A DNA stretch of 64,000 nt from Opitutales bacterium. Its GTDB lineage: Bacteria > Verrucomicrobiota > Verrucomicrobiia > Opitutales > UBA2987. Below the pieces are notes generated by a model. It was given only the letters and a program-made list of their open reading frames with translations. It did no database searches and had not been told where the DNA came from. Position numbers and translations under genes: made by a program. Numbering within the stretch: the first letter of the stretch is position 1; every line of letters starts with the position of its first letter. Of the stretch, positions 55,675-64,000 are shown piece after piece. The stretch lies in NCBI GenBank assembly GCA_965226885.1, contig CBDDEL010000012.1, positions 1 to 64,000 on the forward strand. Reading direction: 5' to 3'.

Positions 55675-57693
55675 ATGTGTGGGATTGTGGGATATACGGG
55701 TCATTCCCTAGATGAAAGGAAATTGCAAAGGGCAGTCGATTCCCTCCATCACCGGGGCCCTGACGGGAGCGGGATATACATCGATCCGCATCAGTGTGCG
55801 GGGTTGGGACACGCCCGTTTGTCGATCATCGACCTGGAAACCGGGGCTCAACCACTCTACGCCCAGAATGATGAATTGGTGCTGGTTTGCAATGGGGAGA
55901 TTTACGACTTCGAACGGATCAGACATGAACTCGAATTAATTGGTCACGTATTCTATACTAAAAGCGATTCGGAGGTAATCCTGCATCTCTATCGGGAGTA
56001 TGGAACAGAATTCGTCCACCACCTAAGGGGCGAATTTGCCTTTTTGCTGCTGGATAAACGCAAACGCGTATTCATAGCGGTTCGCGACCGTTTTGGCATT
56101 AAACCTTTATATTTTCACGAGAATGAAGGGAAATTTGTCTTTGCCTCGGAAGCCAAGGCTATTTTCGCAACAGGATGCCATAATCCTAAAATTGACGTAA
56201 TTGCCGTTAGAAACTTTCTCAGCGGGGTTATTCCGGACTCGATTTTTAAAGATATTGAGGTTGTTCCACCGGGATGCCTGATGAAGGTGGACCTCGATAG
56301 CCGGAAGCATGAGATTCACCAATACTGGGATTTGGATTTGCCGCTCGAATGCGAAATCAAAGATGGCAAGGAACTCGATCATCATGCGCAAACCGTCCGT
56401 GAAGCCCTCGATGAAGCGGTTCGTCTGCGTTTGCGTGCGGATGTCCCCGTTGGCATCTATCTGAGTGGAGGAATTGATTCAGCAATTGTGGCCGCATCGG
56501 CCGCCAAACAGCATCCCGGCCGGATTAAGGCATTTACCATATCCTTTCCCGGGGAGGAAAATTTTAATGAGTATCGATTGGCCAAAGATATGGCCAAAAA
56601 GATTGGGGCCGAGTTCCATTCGGTTACCTGCGATCACGAAACAATGCTCAAGAACACCGAGGATTGCTTATGGGTTTCCGAATTTCCTTTTCATAATTTT
56701 CACGGAGTTGGCAAATTTCTCTTGTCTCGTTTGGCACAGCAGCATGTCAAAGTGGTTTTGACCGGGGAAGGCTCCGACGAGGTATTTTTGGGGTATGTCT
56801 TTTTTCAACCCGGCAAAGGCGCCATAACGTGCCAGATGGAAAACCGTTTGAAGACGCTGCGCACTCCCAGTGGACCTCATATCAGTGCAATTATCGAGGC
56901 GATTGGCTTTCTGCCTTGGCAGGAGCATGCGGAATCCTTTACCAAGGGGCGGCAGAAGTTTATAAGGAACCTTTTCCATCCCGACCAACATTCGCGGATT
57001 TCCGATAATCACCCCCTGGAGTGGCTCAAGCGGCGTATAGAGCGAACCCAAACGGATGAACGGTCCCCGGTCAAAAAAATTCAATACTTCTGCATCAAAG
57101 CGATACTGGCTCCCTATATCCTGACAATTCTTGGCGATCGGCAGGAAATGGGACACTCCATAGAAGGGCGCACACCTTTTCTTGATCACCATCTCTTCGA
57201 TAAAGCCAGGAGAATTCCGGACCGTTTCAAGATACACAATGGGGTCGAGAAATATGTATTGCGAGAAGCGTTAAAAGACGAGATTACCGACGAAATATAC
57301 AAACGTGAAAAATGGCCCTTCTGCGCCCCACCCTTGTGGATAAAAAAGGGCATTTATTCAACACTCGATCAGATTTACGATCGTTATTTATCTAAAAAAG
57401 CCATCGCAAAAAGTGGTATTTTCAACTACCGCATGATTCGTCGCTGCCGCTGGCTAGGACAACTGATTTTCTTCGATTGCGCAATAAAACGGAAATTGAA
57501 CCAGATGTGTGTTTTCATTCTCACCGTTCAGATTCTGGACCAGCTTTACGTCCAAAATTTCGAGGAAAATCTGCAAAAACGACTGGCTGACAGGAAAGAG
57601 TCCGCCTACAAAACACCATCGGCTGCATCCAGTCCAAAGAAAAAGGATAAGCCACAGATCAATGATCCTCTATTGCAGAGCGAAAAGCTGTAG
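55675..57693 (+). CDS. asnB: Asparagine synthase (glutamine-hydrolyzing)-family amidotransferase
   Basis: MCGI Ntn start, HRGPD, NGEIY, RDRFGIKPL, LSGGIDS, TGEGSDE. Confidence 0.92.
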   Translation: MCGIVGYTGHSLDERKLQRAVDSLHHRGPDGSGIYIDPHQCAGLGHARLSIIDLETGAQPLYAQNDELVLVCNGEIYDFERIRHELELIGHVFYTKSDSEVILHLYREYGTEFVHHLRGEFAFLLLDKRKRVFIAVRDRFGIKPLYFHENEGKFVFASEAKAIFATGCHNPKIDVIAVRNFLSGVIPDSIFKDIEVVPPGCLMKVDLDSRKHEIHQYWDLDLPLECEIKDGKELDHHAQTVREALDEAVRLRLRADVPVGIYLSGGIDSAIVAASAAKQHPGRIKAFTISFPGEENFNEYRLAKDMAKKIGAEFHSVTCDHETMLKNTEDCLWVSEFPFHNFHGVGKFLLSRLAQQHVKVVLTGEGSDEVFLGYVFFQPGKGAITCQMENRLKTLRTPSGPHISAIIEAIGFLPWQEHAESFTKGRQKFIRNLFHPDQHSRISDNHPLEWLKRRIERTQTDERSPVKKIQYFCIKAILAPYILTILGDRQEMGHSIEGRTPFLDHHLFDKARRIPDRFKIHNGVEKYVLREALKDEITDEIYKREKWPFCAPPLWIKKGIYSTLDQIYDRYLSKKAIAKSGIFNYRMIRRCRWLGQLIFFDCAIKRKLNQMCVFILTVQILDQLYVQNFEENLQKRLADRKESAYKTPSAASSPKKKDKPQINDPLLQSEKL

Positions 57694-58007
57694 AACCTGT
57701 TTCACCTCTAATTTAATTTTCAGCGGAACTGCCGGGACGCAGAAGGTCGCCCATTCGATAGGCGTCCTTTCCCTTCGATGAATAGAAAAGAGCAAAATAT
57801 CCGCCCAAAACGAAGATGATGTGACCGCCGAAAACACGACCATTGCCAGTGTGAGTCTCTATGGGATGGGGAATGAACCCTTGGTTAGGGTATTTCCATT
57901 GCTGTGATGACAAATTTCCGGACGGGTCAGTAGGGCCAAAGCGATTACTTCTTGGCTGAAATAGCTGGATTGACAATTGTCAAAACGAATTGTCAAAACG
58001 TATTGAA

Positions 58008-58255
58008 ATCAGATAATTGGATCTTAATATTGTTGCCTACCTATTTTCAACGATTATGAATGTTCATATGGGAAATCTCGGTTTGTGGTGAGCTTGGTTG
58101 ATAAAACGCTTGAAGATGGCGGCTGTAGGCTATCAGATAATTGGATCTTAATATTGTTGCCTACCTATTTTCAACGATTATGAATGTTCATATGGGAAAT
58201 CTCGGTTTGTGGTGAGCTTGGTTGATAAAACGCTTGAAGATGGCGGCTGTAGGCT
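58008..58255 (+). repeat. 124-bp perfect tandem duplication containing element copies B1 (ends 58081) and B2 (ends 58205)
   Basis: 58008-58131 repeated at 58132-58255. Confidence 0.92.
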
Positions 58256-58324
58256 TATAGTACCCAATCGGCAGATGCGTCAGCGCTGCCTGTAATGAAG
58301 TTAGCTTAACTAAAGGAGATTCTG

Positions 58325-59545
58325 ATGAAAAAAATAACCAATGCAAAAATCGTGTGCGTACTATATGACGATCCGGTTGATGGCTATCCCACAAATTACG
58401 CGCGCAGCGATATTCCTATGCTGGATACGTACCCAGACGGACAAACTTTGCCATCTCCACAGACGATTGATCATACTCCCGGCGCACTTCTCGGCAGCGT
58501 TTCTGGCGAGTTAGGTCTGCGTAAGTTCCTGGAAGAGCGTGGCCATACACTTGTCGTGACCTCCGATAAAGATGGCCAGGAATCTGTGTTTGAAAGAGAG
58601 CTTGTTGATGCAGATATAGTGATCTCTCAACCCTTTTGGCCTGCGTATCTAACTGCAGAGCGGATAGCAAAGGCCAAAAATCTTCAGTTGGCAATCACGG
58701 CTGGTATTGGATCAGATCACGTTGATTTACAGGCGGCGATAGACCATAACATTACCGTTTGCGAAATTACCTATAGTAATAGTATCAGTGTGGCGGAGCA
58801 TGTCTGCATGATGATATTGTCTCTGGTTCGCAACTATATCCCGTCGTACAACTGGGTAATCAAAGGAGGATGGAACATAGCCGATTGTGTTTCGAGGTCG
58901 TATGATATTGAAGGGATGAACGTTGGGACCGTCGCGGCAGGTCGTATTGGAAGCGCGGTACTCAAAAGAATGAAACCTTTTGATGTGAAACTTCATTATA
59001 CCGACAGGCACCGACTTTCAGTTGGAATTGAAAAGGAACTCAACGTGACTTTCCATGAGAGCGTTGAATCCATGATCAAGGTGTGTGATGTGGTGACAAT
59101 CAACTGCCCACTTCATCCTGAGACGGAGCATATGTTTGATGAGAAAATGATTAGCAAAATGAAGCGTGGCGCCTACCTGGTTAATACAGCTCGAGGAAAG
59201 ATTTGTGACCGCGACGCTGTCGCAAAAGCCTTGGAGAGTGGTCATTTGGCCGGCTATGCGGGCGATGTCTGGTTTCCGCAACCGGCGCCTAATGATCATC
59301 CGTGGAGAACCATGCCGCACCATGCAATGACACCACACACTTCAGGCACTTCTTTGTCGGCACAGTCAAGATATGCCGCGGGTAGCAGAGAGATATTGGA
59401 ATGCTGGTTCGAAGGTGAGCCGATTCGGAATGAATATCTCATAGTTGATGGAGGGAAGCTTGCGGGTGCAGGGGCACACTCCTATAGTGAGGGCAACGTT
59501 ACCGGCGGTTCAAAGGAGGCAGAGAAATTCGAGACGGTCGACTAA
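58325..59545 (+). CDS. fdh: NAD-dependent (metal-independent) formate dehydrogenase
   Basis: VLYDDP..GYP, GSVSGELGLR, SQPFWPAY, AGIGSDH, AAGRIG, GDVWFPQP, MTPHTSG. Confidence 0.96.
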   Translation: MKKITNAKIVCVLYDDPVDGYPTNYARSDIPMLDTYPDGQTLPSPQTIDHTPGALLGSVSGELGLRKFLEERGHTLVVTSDKDGQESVFERELVDADIVISQPFWPAYLTAERIAKAKNLQLAITAGIGSDHVDLQAAIDHNITVCEITYSNSISVAEHVCMMILSLVRNYIPSYNWVIKGGWNIADCVSRSYDIEGMNVGTVAAGRIGSAVLKRMKPFDVKLHYTDRHRLSVGIEKELNVTFHESVESMIKVCDVVTINCPLHPETEHMFDEKMISKMKRGAYLVNTARGKICDRDAVAKALESGHLAGYAGDVWFPQPAPNDHPWRTMPHHAMTPHTSGTSLSAQSRYAAGSREILECWFEGEPIRNEYLIVDGGKLAGAGAHSYSEGNVTGGSKEAEKFETVD

Positions 59546-59571
59546 GTGAATTCATTGCTATCAAGCGAAGC

Positions 59572-59668
59572 TGTAAACGCCGGGATGCAACCGGCACAGT
59601 AAACGGGTCGCTTTAAAACCGGTAAGCTTCGTCTTCAAAAGAGGAGTATACCGAGATATGAAGCAATG
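59572..59668 (+). mobile_element. Remnant left end of a diverged IS21-family element
   Basis: TGTAAACGCCGGGA...CGCTTTAAAACCGGTA...GAGGAGT...CGAGATATGAAGCAATG aligns with the istA-proximal end of the resident IS21, with many substitutions. Confidence 0.75.
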
Positions 59669-59707
59669 AGTATAAAGAGGTTTCCTGAATTGTCAAATTC
59701 AGCCAGG

Positions 59708-59784
59708 GAAAGCAGAAAATTGGATCGAAATATTAGAAAGTAGCTATTTTCAACGATTATGAATGTTCATATGGGAAATCTCGG
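59708..59784 (+). repeat. Dispersed non-coding element, copy C
   Basis: GAAAGCAGAAAATTGGATCGAAATATT...CATATGGGAAATCTCGG. Confidence 0.85.
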
Positions 59785-59851
59785 ATTGAATATTCGGTGA
59801 ACGCCAATGTCTAAGCCACTTCCAAAAGATATTATTGCTAGGTTTTTTAAA

Positions 59852-60021
59852 GAACTTCCGAAGGCCTCGACACCGCCCTCAGAGGCAAAGGTTGGCGATT
59901 CTACGATTTCCCGGACGTCGGCGCTACTCGGCTCATGTGCGGCTGGGACACGACGGAAGACGATGTCAACAAGTTTGTGGCCGATGCCGTAGAGTTGGCC
60001 GGAAAGGAGAAAAGATCATGA
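59852..60021 (+). pseudogene. C-terminal fragment resembling low-specificity threonine aldolase
   Basis: ALRGKGWRFYDF...RLMCGWDTTEDDVNKFV; stop overlaps the next start (ATGA). Confidence 0.6.
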
Positions 60022-61487
60022 AAACCTGTCAACACTTCATCAATGGCGAGTATCAGAGCAGCGCCGAGACATTTGAAACCGTCAACCCGGCGACCGGCGA
60101 AGTAATCGCCACGGCGGCACGGGGAGCAAAAGCGGAGATTGAATTGGCCGTGGATGTCGCCCGAGAGACGTTTATGACGACGTCATGGGCGGACATGGAT
60201 GGTCGGCTGCGCGGGGAGTTGCTGCGAAATGTGGCCGAGGCGATACGCCGGCATGCCGAGGAAATCGTCCCTATGGAAGTCGCCGATGCGGGCAAGACCA
60301 TCGGCGATGCCCGTGCGGAGGTGGAGATCGCGGCCCAGGTCTGGGACTATTATGCGGACCTGACACAGTGCGCCATCGGCACGGTTAATTCCGTGCCCGC
60401 GCCGGATCAGTTCGACTATACCATTCGTCAACCGATGGGCGTAATCGGAATCATCATTCCCTGGAATTTCCCATTTGTGCTCACGGCGCTGAAGTTGGCG
60501 CCCGCCCTGGCGGCGGGCAACACGGCTGTGTTGAAGCCGGCCGAAGACACGCCCGTGACAGCCAGTATGCTGGGCGCGCTGTTGAATGAAGCCGGCGTTC
60601 CCGGCGGAGTTGTGAACATCGTTTTTGGGTTCGGCGAAGAGGCCGGCGCGGCGCTTGCCGCCAACGAGAAGGTGGAAAAACTGGTCTTCACCGGCTCAAC
60701 GGAAGTCGGTTCGCAGGTGATGCAGGCGGCGGCGAAAAATATTACTGATGTCACGTTGGAGTTGGGCGGCAAGAGTGCCAACATCATTTTCGCCGACGCG
60801 GACCGTGAGCAGGCATTGATCAGTGCGGCATTCGGTTGCCTCCTCCACAGCGGGCAGTGCTGCTGCGCGGGAACGCGGTTGTTAATCGAAAATAAGATTT
60901 ACGACTCGTTCGTGAATGAGCTCAGCGAGCGCTTCGAGCGTGTTCGTGTCGGTGATCCCGCCGATGAAAAGACCCACCTCGGTCCCATCATCAATGCCAA
61001 CCAGATGGACAGGATCGAACATTACGTCAACGTCGGGAAAGAGGAGGGAGCGACCCTCATCACGGGCGGCGCCCGAGCCGCGGGCGGTGTGCTCGACAAT
61101 GGTTTCTTCTACCAACCCACCCTGTTCGGTAACGCCAACAATGATATGCAGATCGCGCGCGATGAGATCTTCGGTCCGGTCCTGCCCTGCATGCCGTTTG
61201 ACGACATCGATCAGGCCATCGCCACGGCCAATGAATCCACCTACGGCCTCGCCGCCGGGCTCTGCACGCGCGATCTGGTGAAGGCACATTATGCGGCGAA
61301 GCGGCTTCAGGCAGGTACGGTGTGGATCAACACCTTTAACGGCCTCGCACTCAACGCGCCTTTTCTCGGTTGGAAACGGAGCGGGATCGGCGTCGAGCGG
61401 GGTGTCGAGGGTCTGCACGATCACATGCGGTTGAAGCATGTGCGCATCGACATGTCGCAGAAACCACTGCCCGTTTTTGGGGATTGA
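60018..61487 (+). CDS. Aldehyde dehydrogenase family protein
   Basis: IPWNFP, KPAE, FTGS, LELGGKS, GQCC, EIFGPV; RBS GGAG before ATG 60018. Confidence 0.93.
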   Translation: MKTCQHFINGEYQSSAETFETVNPATGEVIATAARGAKAEIELAVDVARETFMTTSWADMDGRLRGELLRNVAEAIRRHAEEIVPMEVADAGKTIGDARAEVEIAAQVWDYYADLTQCAIGTVNSVPAPDQFDYTIRQPMGVIGIIIPWNFPFVLTALKLAPALAAGNTAVLKPAEDTPVTASMLGALLNEAGVPGGVVNIVFGFGEEAGAALAANEKVEKLVFTGSTEVGSQVMQAAAKNITDVTLELGGKSANIIFADADREQALISAAFGCLLHSGQCCCAGTRLLIENKIYDSFVNELSERFERVRVGDPADEKTHLGPIINANQMDRIEHYVNVGKEEGATLITGGARAAGGVLDNGFFYQPTLFGNANNDMQIARDEIFGPVLPCMPFDDIDQAIATANESTYGLAAGLCTRDLVKAHYAAKRLQAGTVWINTFNGLALNAPFLGWKRSGIGVERGVEGLHDHMRLKHVRIDMSQKPLPVFGD

Positions 61488-61587
61488 TAGGTTGAGGGAA
61501 TGAGAAGGGTTAAAGGTTCAGGTTGGAATGGTGCTGATTTTCAGAGCCATTCCGATTTTACCCTATTTTCGGTCCGAGTCTTTACAT

Positions 61588-61935
61588 TTACCAGTCGACC
61601 CACAGTCTGGTCCACCGGATGCCAGATGGGGGCCCTCCTCTTTGCACCAGTGCGTCGCCAGGAAGGTGCCGTCTTGCAAGCGCACGGCGGTGGGGAAGCC
61701 GAACATGAAACTATCCAACTCCTCAACGCCCGACTCCAGGCCTTGCGGCCGTTCGCGCCGGGCCCCGCCGTCATACATCAGTCCTTCATAGCGCAGGTCC
61801 CAGGCCGTGTCCGTGAAGCTCACCAGGTTCATGACAATGCCTTGATCACCGTAGCGACGGTTGTAGAGTACCAGGAGCCGGTCCCCACCCAGAGGAATCG
61901 GAGTCATGGTTTGGCCCCATATGCCGGTGGATTGG
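61588..61935 (-). pseudogene. C-terminal fragment of a sialidase/BNR-like beta-propeller protein
   Basis: STGIWGQTMTPIPLGGDRLLVLYNRR...FGFPTAVRLQDGTFLATHW, then frameshifted GIRWTRLWVDW*. Confidence 0.55.
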
Positions 61936-62260
61936 GATCAGAGTTTCATTGGCCCGATCCACGAAAGATTCCACGGCGGACGACATTTTTTTCATGGCCG
62001 CCTCGTAACCTTCCGCTGCCTGCTCCATCGCACGGCCGAACGTCTCCTGATTGATCGACCCCAGATCGAGCAGTTCATTCAGCTTTTCATGTTCAAGATT
62101 GAGCCTTTCAAGGGGTGTACGCGTTTGCTCAATAATAGCCTTGGCCACTCCCTGCAACTCATTGCGCCGAGTCATTAACTGCAAACCCTTCGCGGTTTCT
62201 GTGTTCTCCGAAATGATGGCAGCGACCGCGTCCTGGTTAATTGACTTTATTAAATACTGC
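61936..62260 (-). pseudogene. Internal fragment resembling a phage tail tape-measure protein
   Basis: QTRTPLERLNLEHEKLNELLDLGSINQETFGRA helical repeat motif; no plausible native start or end. Confidence 0.5.
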
Positions 62261-62262
62261 CA

Positions 62263-62383
62263 ATTTGATCATCAAATAACGAAGGATAAGATTGAAAAAT
62301 CACATTGAAAGCAGAAAATTGGATCGAAATATTAGAAAGTGGCTATTTTCAACGATTATGAATGTTCATATGGGAGATCTCGG
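62263..62383 (+). repeat. Dispersed non-coding element, copy D
   Basis: 121 bp, colinear with copy A; ends CATATGGGAGATCTCGG. Confidence 0.85.
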
Positions 62384-62503
62384 TTTATACGTCAACGAAT
62401 ACTGCCCCTACGAGGTATCTTGCATATCAGGTGCAACCTCAAGAGCAGGTTCTTACTCCTTTTTTTCTAGCCGGCGCGGGCAAAGCCCGACAGTCTTCCG
62501 GAT

Positions 62504-64000
62504 ATGAAACAGGAAATCAATCGTCGTAAGTTCTTGGGAACATCGATCGCGGCCGGCGCGGGCCTGACGCTTGGGGCTTTCGCTCCGCGGAGCAGGGGTC
62601 AGCATAGTAAAACGTATCAGACTTCTTCACCCAAGCTGGGATACATCTCCCCTCGTGGAAGCCGGCGGATCATTTATGTCAGCGATCCCTCCAGTATCGC
62701 CTCAGGTTATTTACCCGATCCAGCCTCTGAGGCAGATTTGCGCCGATGGGTGGATGAACTGGCGCACGCACAGGTCGATACTTTTATCCAGGAGGCTTAC
62801 ACCCAGGGGTGGACCACCTATTGGCGAACGGATGGTTTTGAGTATGACGCCCGCCCGCAGCATCGCCGCTTTCTTCCTCTATTGGATGAGGGCATACAAC
62901 CGCTGGAGGTGCTTCTGGAGCAGGCTCATGAGCGAGGCATGGAATTTCTGGTGGGTATCCGAATCAACGATAATCATGGCCATATCTCGGTAAAACAAGG
63001 CGTGGGTTTCGGAGCCTCCTTTCTGGCAAATAATCCACAGTGGTTATTAAAGGAGGCGCCGCCGGGGCCCTATTATCAGCTAAGTTCGCCCATGGACTTT
63101 AGTTTTCCCGAGGTGCGGGACTACCTTTTCTCCGTCACGGAGGCACTGGTCAGCCGTTTTCACGTTGATGGCCTGGAATTATGCTTCCGGGACCATCGTT
63201 ACTTTCCGCCCGACAAAGGGCGGGAGGGACAGCCTCTCATGACCGAACTGGTTAGGCGGATCCGTCAAATGCTGGACCAGAAGGGCCGAAGTAGAAACAA
63301 GAAGTTGCAACTTGGAGCGCGTGTTTACCAGACGGTGGAAGAATGCCAGATTCAGGGACTGGATGTCCCGGGTTGGATTTCCGAAGGCCTGCTGAATTAT
63401 CTTGCCCCGGGTGATGTCATGTACTCTGATTTAAACGCCCCTTATGAGCAATTCACTCAACTGGCCCGCGCCTCGGATTGCCTGGTCTATCCGGCGCTTC
63501 TACCCTGGAGCAGCCTAAGGATGAGGCGCCGCCTTGGGGGAATGCCTATCTCGCTTGAGCAACAGCGCGCAATCGCTCAGAACTTCTACGGGGCCGGAGC
63601 CGACGGGGTCTCATTCTATAACCACTTCGTCACCTTGAAATGGGCGCCGTTCTATCCGATGATGCTGCACGATTTCGTTGAACTGAAAAGCCCGCCGCAA
63701 GTCTCTCGAGGAAATCGCCATTACGTCTTTGAACCCATCTGGGCGGGCTGTAAGGGCTTCGGCGGCGAGGGACGCACCTCAACCGGCGCCCTGAAGGCAG
63801 ATCGGATCGTCCTGAGGCGCGCCGACTCGGGGGCCGGGGGAAGCTATCGATTTCGCATCTGCGAGGATTTTGAGCAGGTGCGGAGAGCGGCGCTGCTATT
63901 TCGCGGCCATCCCATGACGTTAAAGGACAAGCTGGAGATCCGGCTCAACGGAACTCCGATCTCTTCCGCAGCGCAAAAGCGACGAAACGACGAACAGCGG
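62504..64000 (+). CDS. TAT-exported glycoside-hydrolase-like protein (GHL10/YddW-like TIM barrel), runs off the window
   Basis: Read manually, not in the ORF track: MKQEINRRKFL TAT motif; AHERGMEFLVGIRINDNH; MDFSFPEVRDY...VDGLELCF. Confidence 0.75.
   Translation, partial: MKQEINRRKFLGTSIAAGAGLTLGAFAPRSRGQHSKTYQTSSPKLGYISPRGSRRIIYVSDPSSIASGYLPDPASEADLRRWVDELAHAQVDTFIQEAYTQGWTTYWRTDGFEYDARPQHRRFLPLLDEGIQPLEVLLEQAHERGMEFLVGIRINDNHGHISVKQGVGFGASFLANNPQWLLKEAPPGPYYQLSSPMDFSFPEVRDYLFSVTEALVSRFHVDGLELCFRDHRYFPPDKGREGQPLMTELVRRIRQMLDQKGRSRNKKLQLGARVYQTVEECQIQGLDVPGWISEGLLNYLAPGDVMYSDLNAPYEQFTQLARASDCLVYPALLPWSSLRMRRRLGGMPISLEQQRAIAQNFYGAGADGVSFYNHFVTLKWAPFYPMMLHDFVELKSPPQVSRGNRHYVFEPIWAGCKGFGGEGRTSTGALKADRIVLRRADSGAGGSYRFRICEDFEQVRRAALLFRGHPMTLKDKLEIRLNGTPISSAAQKRRNDEQR

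Noticed and set aside
57713..57976. 87-aa minus-strand ORF between asnB and the repeat
   Set aside because: No recognisable motif; may be another captured fragment, but I cannot support a call.
59835..60017. N-terminal extension of the aldehyde dehydrogenase
   Set aside because: Arg-rich shadow frame over the aldolase-like fragment; RBS and family-typical start are at 60018.
55454..62383. Repeats as integron attC sites or a CRISPR array
   Set aside because: No RYYYAAC...GTTRRRY core pair or long imperfect palindrome, no integron integrase in the window, and cargo includes partial genes and both strands. Spacing is kilobases and irregular, and there are no cas genes.
62571..62993. 140-aa ORF in the track
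   Set aside because: Out-of-frame shadow of the longer TAT-signal ORF starting at 62504, which has no stop in the window.

Overview
Bacterial chromosomal window, probably Verrucomicrobiota/Opitutales-like (an inference from the PEP-CTERM, FecR and TPR gene context). It is in an advanced state of IS expansion and gene decay. About 21 kb of the 64 kb is insertion sequence from five families: 3 IS5/ISNCY-like, 4 IS1, 2 IS21 plus a remnant, several whole or split IS1380, and 1 IS3. Apparently intact genes include rarA, a polyprenyl synthase, an ECF sigma factor, fumC, yjbQ, iolG, thuA and panBC. The molybdenum-type formate dehydrogenase operon and several surface or EPS genes are broken by ISs, frameshifts and many short tandem duplications. 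The most unusual part is 55.4-64 kb. There, five same-orientation copies of a non-coding element of up to ~120 bp, ending sharply in CATATGGGAAATCTCGG, separate unrelated cargo modules: an AsnB-like amidotransferase, a metal-independent NAD-FDH, an aldehyde dehydrogenase with truncated foreign gene fragments, and a TAT-exported glycoside hydrolase. This looks like a transposon-end-delimited gene-capture array, and it carries a possible functional replacement for the broken FDH operon.
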